DNA of 64,000 nucleotides, from the NCBI GenBank assembly GCA_034520565.1, contig JAXHNL010000002.1, forward strand, positions 1,152,001 through 1,216,000, given 5' to 3'. Below, piece after piece: positions 42,961 through 52,900 of the stretch. The stretch's first letter is position 1; every line of letters starts with the position of its first letter. Origin of the DNA: Halodesulfurarchaeum sp. (GTDB lineage: Archaea > Halobacteriota > Halobacteria > Halobacteriales > Halobacteriaceae). Position numbers and translations under genes: made by a program. Under the pieces are notes generated by a model, which saw nothing but the letters and a program-made list of their open reading frames with translations, was not told the origin of the DNA and ran no database searches.

Positions 42961-43730
42961 CCGATGAAACCCCGACGCGGGACGCGGTCGGGAAAGATGG
43001 CGTGACCGAGGTCCGGGACATCACGCTCGGGAACGCCCAATTGGCGGACTACTCCGCCGCCGACATTGCTCCCGTCGAGGACACCCCGAAAAAGGCACTT
43101 GAAGCGATGCTCGGGGCAGCGGAAGCGCCAACGCGGCGCCGGGCAGCGCTCGCACTCGCGAGACGAGAAGGGAGCGATTCGATTCGGGAGACACTCGGCT
43201 CGCTCGCTCGAAGCGACCCGGACGAGCACGTTCGACAGTTCGCCATCGAGGCGCTGGGGAAACTCGATGGCGATCCGGCGGTCGCTCTCGAGGTGCTCGA
43301 AACCGACGAGAACCAGTGGGTTAGGGCCGAAGCCACCGTGGCCCTCGACCGGTTGGCCCGCGAGGAGTTCGAAGATCGATTCGAATCGCTTCTCGAGGAC
43401 GACGCGGAAGGGGTCCGGCGCAATGCGCTGATATCGCTGACGCGGATCCGCCGGGACGGTGCCCGCGAGGACCTTCTCGATGCGCTTTCCGATCCCAGCG
43501 ATCGGGTCAGGGAGTGGGCCGTCAAACTGCTCGGTCAGTACGACGACGATCCGGAGGTCGAAGCGGCATTGGAGGCGATTCTGGAGGACGAGCGCGAGGT
43601 CGAGGTCGTCCGCGAAACGGCTGCTCGGTCCCTCGGTGCCAGAGGAACCGACGTAGAGACGCTCCTCGAGGAAGGTACCGGCACGGCATCCGCCGACGAC
43701 CACATGCTCAACCGCGTTCCGGACGGGTAA
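42957..43730 (+). CDS. HEAT/PBS-lyase repeat protein
   Basis: Repeated D-x-x-x-x-VR-x-x-A-x-x-AL units. Confidence 0.85.
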   Translation: MTDETPTRDAVGKDGVTEVRDITLGNAQLADYSAADIAPVEDTPKKALEAMLGAAEAPTRRRAALALARREGSDSIRETLGSLARSDPDEHVRQFAIEALGKLDGDPAVALEVLETDENQWVRAEATVALDRLAREEFEDRFESLLEDDAEGVRRNALISLTRIRRDGAREDLLDALSDPSDRVREWAVKLLGQYDDDPEVEAALEAILEDEREVEVVRETAARSLGARGTDVETLLEEGTGTASADDHMLNRVPDG

Positions 43731-44075
43731 CTCGATTCTCCTGCTGTCAGTTCGAGACGGTCGATCACGAACCTGTTCGGCGATACTTTCTTCTCGCCGC
43801 CGCCTCGGTATGTTACCAGTCGTCCCGAGCAATGTCCGAACTCCTCACCTGCCTCAAAAACCGTCTGCAGCCCTTCGAGAAGACCTTCTTATTGCATGTG
43901 GACGACCGGATCCAGATAGCCAGCGGCCAGTTTTCACAAGGTTATAGATGGCTGGAACGTATCGTATCGGGATCGTCGCCCGCAGTAGACGGTATGCGAT
44001 CTTCGAACCGGCCCTCGAACGTCACCGAAAGACCGGCCAAGCGAGTCCCGAATCGGTTTCAGTACTGAGTGAACC

Positions 44076-44738
44076 ATGGCAACCCACCAACAAACGTCGC
44101 TCGAAGCCACGGAGGCTGGGCACCTTGATTTGACGCCCGACGCGGACCAACTGTGGATCGAACTGGAAATCGATCGGATGGAGAATGATTCATGTCCCGT
44201 CCGCGAGTTCGGAGACGAATCGGTGAACGGCCACGTCCAACTTGTCGGCGATCGGTGCCACGCGTCGCTCACGGTCGGGGGAAGTCAGGGGAACAATCGA
44301 ACGGTGGTGTCCGGGTCTATTACTGATGCCTGTACCTGCCCACGCGTGTGCAAACCGGGTATTATCCCTGCAGAGATTCTCGTCGCTGACGGATCGCTCG
44401 AAATTACTGCCATTGTAGACTCCCGGGAGCGACTCTACGAGTTATCCGACCGGTTCCGAGAGAGCGGCGACGAGTGGCAATTACGCCGACTCACGACCGG
44501 TATTGAACGCGAACAGGGGGAACCCGACCGAGGCGGGCGTCTCTCGGAGGAAATCTCGCTAACGGACAAACAGCAAGAGGTGGTCGAGGAGGCGGTCGGC
44601 CGCGGGTACTACGCCAATCCGCGGGAGGCGTCACTCGCGGATCTCGCCGCGGAACTTGACGTCACTCGTTCGGCGCTTTCCCAGCGATTGAACGCCGTCG
44701 AGGCGAAGCTCATCAAAACGCTCGCAGCGGAGCTGTGA
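44076..44738 (+). CDS. Bat/HTH-10 transcription regulator with Cys-rich sensor domain (NarO/DmsR-like)
   Basis: SCPV...CTCPRVC; C-terminal LTDKQQEVVEEAVGRGYYANPREASLADLAAELDVTRSALSQRL. Confidence 0.8.
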   Translation: MATHQQTSLEATEAGHLDLTPDADQLWIELEIDRMENDSCPVREFGDESVNGHVQLVGDRCHASLTVGGSQGNNRTVVSGSITDACTCPRVCKPGIIPAEILVADGSLEITAIVDSRERLYELSDRFRESGDEWQLRRLTTGIEREQGEPDRGGRLSEEISLTDKQQEVVEEAVGRGYYANPREASLADLAAELDVTRSALSQRLNAVEAKLIKTLAAEL

Positions 44739-44827
44739 AACGGTCCCGATCGAACTAGCTTGGTTTCAGCGGGCACAAGATGAAGTACGCGGCCGGCGAA
44801 ACCGTGGCACAAACCGGGTTCGAATGC

Positions 44828-45421
44828 ATGGATTACAGCACACACGAAATCGAGCAGTTTCTCGATGCGGTCGCCTCCTCGCGTGTCGCCCCTGCCGGCG
44901 GCTCCGCGGCTGCACTGACGGGTGCATTTGGAGCGGCCCTGGCCGAAATGGCGGCCCATCACACCCTGGCAAACCACGGTGAAACGACCGCCGGGAACCT
45001 GAAAATCGCCAAGGAGCGGCTTTCCCAGCAGCGAACGGTGCTGCTCACGCTGGCGGGGGAAGATGCCCAGGCGATTGACGCGCTCTTTGCGGATGGAGCC
45101 GGAGAACCCGACCAGGCGACGGTGAGTCGAGCGACAGGGATCCCGCTCTCGATCGCCGAGGCCTGCGTGGAGATCCTCGAGAAATCACTCGACATCGCCG
45201 AACGGGTCGACGACAACGTTCGACAGGATTTGCACACGGCGCTGTATTTGACCGTCGGCGCCGCGTCGGCGGCGATTCGAACCGTCGAACCAAACCTCGA
45301 TCTCCTCCAGGACGACGACGTCCGCCTGGAACTCGAAAAACGGGCCGAAACGACGACTGAGCGGCTCTCGACCGCGATAGACCGGATGGCAGAACGGACG
45401 GATGTGGAATTTTTCGACTGA
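44828..45421 (+). CDS. Cyclodeaminase/cyclohydrolase (FTCD C-terminal) family protein
   Basis: FLDAVASSRVAPAGGSAAALTGAFGAAL..M. Confidence 0.85.
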   Translation: MDYSTHEIEQFLDAVASSRVAPAGGSAAALTGAFGAALAEMAAHHTLANHGETTAGNLKIAKERLSQQRTVLLTLAGEDAQAIDALFADGAGEPDQATVSRATGIPLSIAEACVEILEKSLDIAERVDDNVRQDLHTALYLTVGAASAAIRTVEPNLDLLQDDDVRLELEKRAETTTERLSTAIDRMAERTDVEFFD

Positions 45422-45458
45422 CGAGCCAGTTTTCCGCCGGTCGGATTCGATATCACGG

Positions 45459-45821
45459 GTGGATGACCACCGGTCAATCCGTCCCGACGTCGTAGTAGAC
45501 GACCGTGCGTCGATCGTCCGCGGTGAGATGGCGCTCAACCTCGTTGCCAAACGGGGACTCCCGAAGGGCGCCGTATATCGCGTCGATCGGATCGGCGAAG
45601 CAGTCGAAACGGCGAACGGTCCCAGCTTGACGGCACGTCAGACCGAGGTCTTCGAGGCGGCCCATCGGGCGGGCTACTTCGAAATCCCCCGTGAAGCGAC
45701 CATCCAGGCGGTCGCAGATCGAACGAGCGTCAGCAAGTCGACGGCCAGCGAAATCCTCAGACGGGCGGTTCGAAACCTCGTCGACTGGTACGATCCGTCC
45801 GGGGACGGCACGACGGCATAA
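45459..45821 (+). CDS. Short Bat/HTH-10 DNA-binding protein
   Basis: LTARQTEVFEAAHRAGYFEIPREATIQAVA...KSTASEILRRA; start uncertain, possibly truncated. Confidence 0.7.
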   Translation: MDDHRSIRPDVVVDDRASIVRGEMALNLVAKRGLPKGAVYRVDRIGEAVETANGPSLTARQTEVFEAAHRAGYFEIPREATIQAVADRTSVSKSTASEILRRAVRNLVDWYDPSGDGTTA

Positions 45822-45826
45822 ATCGG

Positions 45827-46606
45827 TCACGCCAGGAGGAACGGGCCAGCAAGCACGAAGGCGAGGGAGAGCATCGCTTCTGTCTGTCCGAGTCGTTTGA
45901 GCGACGGGGTTCCCGTTCGCTGTTGCAGCTGTCCCGATCTGAGCGCCGAGAGTCCGAAGACGACCGGGGAACTGATTCCGAGAAATCCGGATCCGTATCC
46001 GACAACGGCGATCCCAACGACGGTAAGTGGAACGAGCAGCGCAATCGCTGGTACCCGTTCCCCCGCTTCTACGGCGGCGCCGACCCGAAGTACCGCCAGC
46101 AGGTGATAGCCGAAAAACAGCCCATACCCGGCGAGAACGAGCGTTGGATCAGTGAATCCCAAAAGGAGCAGGCCGATGGGGACGAGGGCACCGATCGCGA
46201 GCACGCCGGTCCCGGCTTTCAGGAGCGGTTTGGAACGCCGGTCGCGAGCGAGCCGGGCCTCGATGGCGCCGCCGATGGGTAACAGGAGCAAGAGCCCCCA
46301 CCCCGTCCCTTCGAGGGCCATCAAGCCACCGGTTAACCCAAGGATACCCACTGCTTCGAGGGCTGCAATTAATCCGTATCGGCGCCGTTTGGTGGGATCC
46401 GACAGGAAAAACTGGCGTGTCGCCTCGCGAAACAGCATGGACCCGGCGGCGATCCCAACGAAGAGGAGATAGGCGGGGCCGAAACCCAATGGGACCGCCG
46501 TTTCCGCGCCGATTCCGATGCTCACCGGCGTCGCGAGTGCGACGAGGAGGAGCGTCTTGGCCCCGTGTTCGGGTGGGATGGGTGGAAGCCACCGGTGGGT
46601 TCCCAT
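45827..46606 (-). CDS. YwiC-like membrane protein
   Basis: N-terminal IPPEHGA, about 8 TM helices and C-terminal KRLGQTE, as in the YwiC family that accompanies nar operons. Confidence 0.7.
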   Translation of the reverse strand: MGTHRWLPPIPPEHGAKTLLLVALATPVSIGIGAETAVPLGFGPAYLLFVGIAAGSMLFREATRQFFLSDPTKRRRYGLIAALEAVGILGLTGGLMALEGTGWGLLLLLPIGGAIEARLARDRRSKPLLKAGTGVLAIGALVPIGLLLLGFTDPTLVLAGYGLFFGYHLLAVLRVGAAVEAGERVPAIALLVPLTVVGIAVVGYGSGFLGISSPVVFGLSALRSGQLQQRTGTPSLKRLGQTEAMLSLAFVLAGPFLLA

Positions 46607-46738
46607 GCGTATTCATAACCAACGACGCAATCCGGGAAAACGGCACGGACGAACATGTGGGGTCCCGCTGTGCTGTTGGCAGCGCATCGTTTCAGCATAT
46701 TTTAACCGCGCTTCAACCAAATTCCGGACAGCAACCGC

Positions 46739-48010
46739 ATGTCCGAATTCATCGACAACGTGGAACAGTCCCCTCGAGCCAGCGCCCTTCTCGAGTTCGT
46801 TCGTCGGGTTCACGACGGGGCGACCGCCTCGGAGATTGCGACAGCGTACGAAGATGCCATCGACTCGGTACGCCCCTCTGACGTGCTGGTCCTCGAGCAC
46901 GAATTACTGGAGGATGGGATCTCGGTTTCGGCGGTCAAGGCGGAGAGCGAACCGCTCCTGGCAACGTTTCGTCAGCCCCTCGAAACCAACGACTGGGAGC
47001 GACCTGAACGGGGGCACCCGATAGACAACATGTTGCGGGAGAACCGGGCGATCGAATCACACCTCGACGCACTGGAGGCGGCCGTGGAGGCGCTCTCGGT
47101 CGCTTCTTCCCCACCGCTCGAGGCGGTGAGCGACCTGCAGGATCATATCGTGGCACTCGAGGGGATCGATCGGCATTTCGTCAGGAAAGAGAACGAACTG
47201 TTCCCGCATCTCGAGGAACACTGGAAACACGACAGGCCGCTCGGTGTGATGTGGTCCATCCACGACGACCTCCGGTCGCTTCGAAGGACGATCGAGGACC
47301 TCAGCGAAGACCCCGAAACGAATCCGGAAACCCTCTCGAGACTCGTTGCCCGATTCACGGAAACGGCTCGAGGATTGCTGTTCAAGGAGGAGGCAATCGT
47401 TTTTCCGGTGGCGCTCAGGACCCTGACCGATCGGGAATGGGAACAGATCCAGCGGGAAAGCATGGACCTCGGGTATTTCGAGATCGACCCGGCCTTTGCA
47501 TTACTGGACGAAGGGGCGACTGACACCGCAGGCGAATCCGTCCGGCGTTCGAGTGCGGGAACGGAAACCCAGGCCAGCCTGTCGAGCGGTTCTGTCGCCC
47601 TCGGTCTCGACACGGGCACGCTCGAACTGGACCAGCTCCAACTCCTCCTCGAGACGATTCCGGTCGACGTCACCTACGTCGACGAAAACGACCGCGTCCG
47701 CTACTTCAACAACCCCGAGGAGCGGATCTTTCCCCGGTCCGGGTCGATCATCGGTCGGACCGTGCAGAACTGCCATCCGCCAGAAAGCGTGGACACGGTC
47801 GAGGAGATCCTCGAAGCGTTTCGATCCGGGGAACACGACAGTGCTCGATTCTGGATCCAAAACGACGACGCCTTCGTAGTCATCGAGTATCACGCCCTTC
47901 GCGACGGATCTGGAGCCTATCGCGGGACCCTCGAAGTCACCAGGGAGGTGAGCGACCTGCGAAGATTGGAGGGCGAGCAACGGCTGATCGAGTGGGGAAC
48001 TACTCAGTAG
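46739..48010 (+). CDS. DUF438-hemerythrin-PAS domain protein
   Basis: HPIDNMLREN, HFVRKENELFP, VMWSIHDD, KEEAIVFP (hemerythrin); PVDVTYVD...FPRS...VQNCHPP (PAS_10). Confidence 0.88.
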   Translation: MSEFIDNVEQSPRASALLEFVRRVHDGATASEIATAYEDAIDSVRPSDVLVLEHELLEDGISVSAVKAESEPLLATFRQPLETNDWERPERGHPIDNMLRENRAIESHLDALEAAVEALSVASSPPLEAVSDLQDHIVALEGIDRHFVRKENELFPHLEEHWKHDRPLGVMWSIHDDLRSLRRTIEDLSEDPETNPETLSRLVARFTETARGLLFKEEAIVFPVALRTLTDREWEQIQRESMDLGYFEIDPAFALLDEGATDTAGESVRRSSAGTETQASLSSGSVALGLDTGTLELDQLQLLLETIPVDVTYVDENDRVRYFNNPEERIFPRSGSIIGRTVQNCHPPESVDTVEEILEAFRSGEHDSARFWIQNDDAFVVIEYHALRDGSGAYRGTLEVTREVSDLRRLEGEQRLIEWGTTQ

Positions 48011-48086
48011 CAGTACCGTTCGTTCCGCTCGTGAGCGTTCGCGACCGAAACGAGCCTCCCTCCAGCCGGTCTCACCGAGTCGGGAT

Positions 48087-48344
48087 TCAGGACTTCCAGA
48101 TGGCCGTGTAGGCCGGATCGCTCCCGGTGCTCTCGTATTCGTACCCCCGCTCTTCCAGCATCGGGAAGAGATGCTGGGGTTGCCGATCGTTGATCTGTAC
48201 GAGTAGTCCGTCCGTCTCGGTCTCTCCGAGGGTTCCCAGGGTCTCCTGTAGCGGTTCGGGTGGGGGAAGCTCCCGGACGTCGATTACTGTCTGCTCACGC
48301 TCTTCCGGGACACGTTCGACCGCTAGCAAACCGTCATACTCCAT
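48087..48344 (-). CDS. DUF2249 domain protein
   Basis: DVRELPPPEPL, INDRQPQHLFPMLEERGY. Confidence 0.85.
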   Translation of the reverse strand: MEYDGLLAVERVPEEREQTVIDVRELPPPEPLQETLGTLGETETDGLLVQINDRQPQHLFPMLEERGYEYESTGSDPAYTAIWKS

Positions 48345-48382
48345 GCACCGGACTCGCACGTCCCCTCGGTCAACGATTGTGC

Positions 48383-48426
48383 CGAACATATTCGATCCCG
48401 CGTCGGGCGACGGGCGAATATATTCG
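48383..48426. promoter_or_regulatory. Two CGAA-N4-TTCG palindromes between divergent genes
   Basis: CGAACATATTCG 48383-48394 and CGAATATATTCG 48415-48426. Confidence 0.7.
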
Positions 48427-48523
48427 GGGCAGTACCTTCGTCCGTTTGCTTCCGAAAATCGATGGGAATGTTTGTAACTGCGGCCGACGACCGTTCGATC
48501 ATCGTCTGAATCATCCGTTTCCT

Positions 48524-49864
48524 ATGCAACCACCCACTTCCGATCTGGACGTCGACCACCAACCGCCGCTCTCGCTGCCGTTTGCGCACTTTCTCGTCAG
48601 CGCCTTCCTGTTGTTACTCGGAGGCGGGGTCGCCAGTCTCGGCCCACTGGTGCTTCCGATCCGGGCCAGCAGCGTGGGGACACTCCACCTCCTTCTGGCC
48701 GGGTGGCTCGGCCTCACGATCATGGGGGCCATGATCCAATTCGTTCCTGTCTGGTCAGGGACGAAACTACACTCCGAACGGCTCTCGCTCGTGAGTCTCT
48801 GGTTTGTTGTCGTCGGCGTCAGTGGCGTCGTCGGCGTGTTTTTCTCGAGTGCGTACGCGTGGTTTCCGCTACTGGCTGGCATTCTTCTCGTGGGATTCTG
48901 GGTCTTCGGCTACACGATCATTCGGTCCCTGCCACCGGTGAGCGAGATGGATATCACCGAAGCCCATTTCCTGTTGGCTGTCGGTTCGCTCCTCCTCGCG
49001 ACCGTCTTCGGCTGGCTTCTGGCGACGTCCTTCGCGTTTCGGGTTCTCGATTCGCTTCCAGTTTCGGCGACCGGCCTGTTGATGGCCCATTTGACACTCA
49101 CGGTGTTCGGGTTCGTCTCGCTCACAATCGTCGGGGCACTGTACCAACTCGCGCCGATGTTCACGCAGGCCCCAGCGAGTTCACTCGATACGCACCTCGC
49201 CCACGTGGAGATGGTCGCGCTCCCGGTTGGCGTGTTCGGCCTGTCATTTGGTCGGTTGTTCCAGCTCGAGAATCTCGCCCGCGCCAGTGGGATCCTCCTC
49301 TCGACCGGACTGTTGGCGTTCGCGTTGATTCTTCTCCGGCGACTTTGGCGGGCACAAGTCGAGCCGGGACCGATGCTTCGGCGGTACTGGCTCGTCGGGC
49401 TGTCCGTCCTGGGATGGGTCGCCGTGACGGTCCCCCGATGGCTTGGCGATCCGCTTTCCTACTTCCTCCGGTTCGGCAGTCCTCAGGGAACACACCTGCT
49501 CTTTGTGGGGTTTTTCACCCTCACGGTCGTCGGCACTTTCTACCACGTCGTGCCCTTCATCGTCTGGTTTCACGAGTACAGCGACAGACTCGGGTACGAA
49601 CCGGTACCCATGATCGACGACCTGTATCACGCGGGAATCGCCCGCGTCGAGTTCTGGCTCCTCGCTATCGGTTTGGGAACCCTCTGGGCGGGCGAATTGC
49701 TGGGGGCGCCGACCTGGGTGATCATGGTGGGTGGGAACGTCCTCGGCGGTGGTGTCATCCTTTTCGCGTTCAACATGGGACTGGTGGTCAGGAATCATCG
49801 TCCGGAAACGATCAGGGAGATCTTCGAACTGGTCACTTTCAGACGAGGCGAACAGGGGAAGTGA
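48524..49864 (+). CDS. His-containing multi-TM membrane protein (heme-copper oxidase/NnrS-like repeat architecture)
   Basis: Three repeats of H-L-x-x-x-G-...-G-x-x-x-(Q/H)-x-x-P (HLLLAGW..GAMIQFVP; HLTLTVFG..GALYQLAP; HLLFVGF..GTFYHVVP). Confidence 0.7.
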   Translation: MQPPTSDLDVDHQPPLSLPFAHFLVSAFLLLLGGGVASLGPLVLPIRASSVGTLHLLLAGWLGLTIMGAMIQFVPVWSGTKLHSERLSLVSLWFVVVGVSGVVGVFFSSAYAWFPLLAGILLVGFWVFGYTIIRSLPPVSEMDITEAHFLLAVGSLLLATVFGWLLATSFAFRVLDSLPVSATGLLMAHLTLTVFGFVSLTIVGALYQLAPMFTQAPASSLDTHLAHVEMVALPVGVFGLSFGRLFQLENLARASGILLSTGLLAFALILLRRLWRAQVEPGPMLRRYWLVGLSVLGWVAVTVPRWLGDPLSYFLRFGSPQGTHLLFVGFFTLTVVGTFYHVVPFIVWFHEYSDRLGYEPVPMIDDLYHAGIARVEFWLLAIGLGTLWAGELLGAPTWVIMVGGNVLGGGVILFAFNMGLVVRNHRPETIREIFELVTFRRGEQGK

Positions 49865-49870
49865 GGGAAC

Positions 49871-50341
49871 TTAGGGAGGCGATTCGGCGCCCATCGTTCG
49901 CAACTTCTCGTTTACCGCATCGCTGTGCTGATGCATCGGATCGACGCGAATCTCGACCGACTCGAAATCGTGTCTCTCGTCTTCGCCGTTCCAGGCGCGA
50001 TAGGCGGCCGTCGTCAGGACCGAACTCTGGGGACAGAACCGGGTCGTCGGCGTGAACTCCGCGATCAAATCGTCGTCCTCGGTCACTCCATATCGAAACC
50101 CGGCGTCGGGATGGCGGTGATCGAGGTTCAGTTTCGCGAGATTGTAGCCGAACGTGCTGTCGTAGACGCCCCTGATTTCGAAGACGTCACGGGCGAGTTT
50201 GTGCACCCGAACATGGTCCTCGCCGGTCAGCACGTCGTGACCGGCTATGGCCGGTCCCGGTTCGGGAACGTGTGACGGGACGAACTCGTCGTACTCGTCG
50301 AATCCCTGATCCCGGTCCGGTTCGTTTTTGAAGAGTGCCAT
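49871..50341 (-). CDS. Hypothetical protein with a DUF59/Fe-S assembly-like fold
   Basis: VYDSTFGYNL..L and FTPTTRFCP resemble DUF59 DPE..../TTxxCP motifs. Confidence 0.55.
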   Translation of the reverse strand: MALFKNEPDRDQGFDEYDEFVPSHVPEPGPAIAGHDVLTGEDHVRVHKLARDVFEIRGVYDSTFGYNLAKLNLDHRHPDAGFRYGVTEDDDLIAEFTPTTRFCPQSSVLTTAAYRAWNGEDERHDFESVEIRVDPMHQHSDAVNEKLRTMGAESPP

Positions 50342-50378
50342 ACCGGGAAAACGGCTGGCTGATAGGTGACAAGCGCCC

Positions 50379-50390
50379 CGAACATGTCCG
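50379..50390. promoter_or_regulatory. CGAA-N4-TTCG-like site (CGAACATGTCCG)
   Basis: One mismatch; 38 bp upstream of the start at 50341. Confidence 0.55.
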
Positions 50391-50393
50391 GTC

Positions 50394-51041
50394 TCACTGG
50401 AACTCGCCGACAGAGTCCTCCTCTGTGAGGAACGCCCCGATGATTTTTCCCTCGGCACGCTGGAGTGTTTCGCTGCAGGTCGACTTCGCGATGCCGGCCG
50501 CTTCGGCCACTTCGGTCAACGTGGCGGTCCGGGGCGAGTCGTAATATCCGGCCTCGTGGGCCGTTTCGATCAAGGACTGCTGTTTCTCGGTTAGCAGGGT
50601 TTCAGTCTCCAGGTGGTGTCTGATCTCCTCGACGGTGTACTGAATCTGAAAGGCCTCGAGTTCGTCGCCGAGTTGTGAGAGTCGTTCCTGGGAGGTCGTG
50701 ATCTCCCAGATCGCCCTCCCGTTTCGCAACTCGAAGGGCATCTCCAGGGGGATCCCGGACCCGACGATCGGAAAGAGCAGCGTCGGTTCGGTGGTTTCGA
50801 ACTGCACCAGCCCGGTGTCGTCCTCCCGACCGAGAACGTTCAACTCCCTGGTTTCTGGGGCCGCCTCGAAGGCCTCGAGCACCGCGTCCAGTTCGGGAGC
50901 GGCAATCTCGACGAGGCCGACGCCAGTTTCGTCTCCGGAGACTGCCGACAGGATCCTGAATTCCGCGTCCGGATACTCGCGAGTTATCGAGCCGATCCAG
51001 AGCGTTTCCGGGATCGTGATCGTCAATGTCGCTTGAGGCAT
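50394..51041 (-). CDS. Bat/HTH-10 transcription regulator
   Basis: C-terminal LTEKQQSLIETAHEAGYYDSPRTATLTEVA...KSTCSETLQRAE. Confidence 0.9.
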   Translation of the reverse strand: MPQATLTITIPETLWIGSITREYPDAEFRILSAVSGDETGVGLVEIAAPELDAVLEAFEAAPETRELNVLGREDDTGLVQFETTEPTLLFPIVGSGIPLEMPFELRNGRAIWEITTSQERLSQLGDELEAFQIQYTVEEIRHHLETETLLTEKQQSLIETAHEAGYYDSPRTATLTEVAEAAGIAKSTCSETLQRAEGKIIGAFLTEEDSVGEFQ

Positions 51042-51074
51042 GGGTGGACCGGGACCCGAGATCGCTCGGATCGC

Positions 51075-51137
51075 CGAATATGTTCGGACCGTGTTCTTTC
51101 ATTGGTAAACCGGTATCGGTCCCACCGAACTGGTTCG
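51075..51137. promoter_or_regulatory. Two CGAA-N4-TTCG palindromes between the HTH-10 regulator and the SRPBCC gene
   Basis: CGAATATGTTCG 51075-51086 and CGAACTGGTTCG 51126-51137. Confidence 0.7.
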
Positions 51138-51174
51138 CCGGAACCTATGGGGGCCTGGGGCGAACACTCCCCGT

Positions 51175-51600
51175 ATGGAAACCGTCACAGTGAAACGCTC
51201 GTATTCGGCCCCCGAATCGGCCGTCCGGGAGGTGATTCTGTCTGATGTCCCCGCGTTTGTTCGAGCCTCAGGCTTCGACAGGGTGCGAGTCGACGGCGAA
51301 TCATTCACGGTCGCCCGGGATATCGGACTCGCGACGTTCGAACTCACCCTGGAACGGGTCGAGGGTGACTCGCTTCTTGAGTTCGATCAGACCGACGGCA
51401 TGTTCGACCGGATGTGGACGGAGTACCGACTTGAGACGACGGCGGAGGGCTGTGAGATCATCGCCAGGACGGAATTCACCCTCGGGGGTGTCCTCGCGCC
51501 GGTGCTCGACGGGACGATGATCAAAACCCAGCGCACGCGGGAGTTCGAGTTGCAGTTCGACTACGTCGCCTCGGAGCTCGAGGCCCCGAACCCGGGTTGA
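51175..51600 (+). CDS. SRPBCC/START-like ligand-binding protein
   Basis: 141 aa with EFDQTDGMFDRMWTEYRLE and a C-terminal helix typical of SRPBCC. Confidence 0.7.
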   Translation: METVTVKRSYSAPESAVREVILSDVPAFVRASGFDRVRVDGESFTVARDIGLATFELTLERVEGDSLLEFDQTDGMFDRMWTEYRLETTAEGCEIIARTEFTLGGVLAPVLDGTMIKTQRTREFELQFDYVASELEAPNPG

Positions 51601-51720
51601 TGGACTTACGGGACCCGTTTCCGTTCTTTTCGAGGGCACTCCAGGACACGCGGCGTCTTTCGATCGTGAACTCGGGCAGATGAATATGTTCGGCCTTGCA
51701 CCCATGGTCGGTCCTGACCT

Positions 51721-52854
51721 ATGGCGCGACAGATGGGCCCTCCGAGTGATGTCGACACCGAAAAACGCCCCTTCGTTCTCATCTGGGAGGTGACACAGGC
51801 GTGTGACCTCGAATGCGAGCACTGCCGGGCGGACGCACAGCCCGACCGACATCCACTCGAACTGGGTACAGAAGCGGGGAAAGCCCTTCTCGAGGAGGCT
51901 GCCCGGTTCGACGAGCACCAGTTAGTCGTGCTCTCCGGCGGTGACCCGCTCGCACGGGACGACATCCCCGAATTGATCGAGTACGGGTCCGATCTCGGGC
52001 TTCGGATGACGCTTACGCCGAGCGGAACGAACTCACTCGACCCCGCCGCAATCGACGAACTCGCCAACTCGGGATTGAAACGCCTCGCTGTGAGCATTGA
52101 CGGAGCCACTGCGATCAGTCACGACTCGTTCAGGGGGGAACCAGGGACCTTCGACCAGACCCTCGAAGCGGCCCGGTACGCTAGGGGCGAAGGGATCCCG
52201 ATACAGGTGAACACCACCGTGACGAAGGAGACCGTCGAGGACCTCCTCGCGATCGCGGACCTCGTCGAAGACCTCGGGGCCGTGCTCTGGTCCGTCTTCT
52301 TCCTGGTGCCGATCGGTCGCGGACGGATCCTGGATCCAATCGGCCCGGATCGGGCCGAATCGGTGATGGAGTGGCTTCTGGATCAGGCTGCCGACCGGAC
52401 CTTCGGTGTCAAAACGACGGAAGCACCGCAGTACCGTCGGGTCGCGATCGAATCGGGACGGTCCGCTCAGGATTCGTCGGGAAAGCGGGACGCGATCGGT
52501 CGTCGGGGCGGCGTGCGGGCCGGGGACGGATTCGCGTTCGTCAGCCACACGGGATCGGTCTTTCCGTCGGGATTCCTGCCGCGCTCGGCGGGGTCCGTGC
52601 GGGAGTCCTCGCTGGTGAAGATTTACCGCGAGAGCGAACTTTTCCGGGCACTTCGCGACGAGGACCGGTTCCGTGGAAAGTGTGGGGCATGTGAATACCG
52701 CAACGTCTGTGGTGGCAGTCGATCCCGAGCCTACGCGTACACGGGTGATTCCCTGGAGAGTGATCCACTTTGCCCGTACGTTCCGGCTGATTACGAGGGG
52801 CCCATGCCGACCCACGAACTCGAGTCTGCGGAGATCGAGGACGCCGTTCGCTGA
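51721..52854 (+). CDS. Radical SAM/SPASM protein (TIGR04053/AhbD-NirJ-like)
   Basis: WEVTQACDLECEHCRA, SGGDPL, SIDG, GKCGACEYRNVCGGSRSRAYA...DPLC. Confidence 0.88.
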   Translation: MARQMGPPSDVDTEKRPFVLIWEVTQACDLECEHCRADAQPDRHPLELGTEAGKALLEEAARFDEHQLVVLSGGDPLARDDIPELIEYGSDLGLRMTLTPSGTNSLDPAAIDELANSGLKRLAVSIDGATAISHDSFRGEPGTFDQTLEAARYARGEGIPIQVNTTVTKETVEDLLAIADLVEDLGAVLWSVFFLVPIGRGRILDPIGPDRAESVMEWLLDQAADRTFGVKTTEAPQYRRVAIESGRSAQDSSGKRDAIGRRGGVRAGDGFAFVSHTGSVFPSGFLPRSAGSVRESSLVKIYRESELFRALRDEDRFRGKCGACEYRNVCGGSRSRAYAYTGDSLESDPLCPYVPADYEGPMPTHELESAEIEDAVR

Positions 52855-52900
52855 GCGTTCTTTCGGCCGCTGTGAGCGGACACGACCACTCGTGGCTCCC

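Noticed and set aside
43735-43900. Possible minus-strand gene remnant between the HEAT gene and the regulator
   Set aside because: A short open stretch without a usable start or recognisable motif; it also weakens the 43768 palindrome as a regulatory site.
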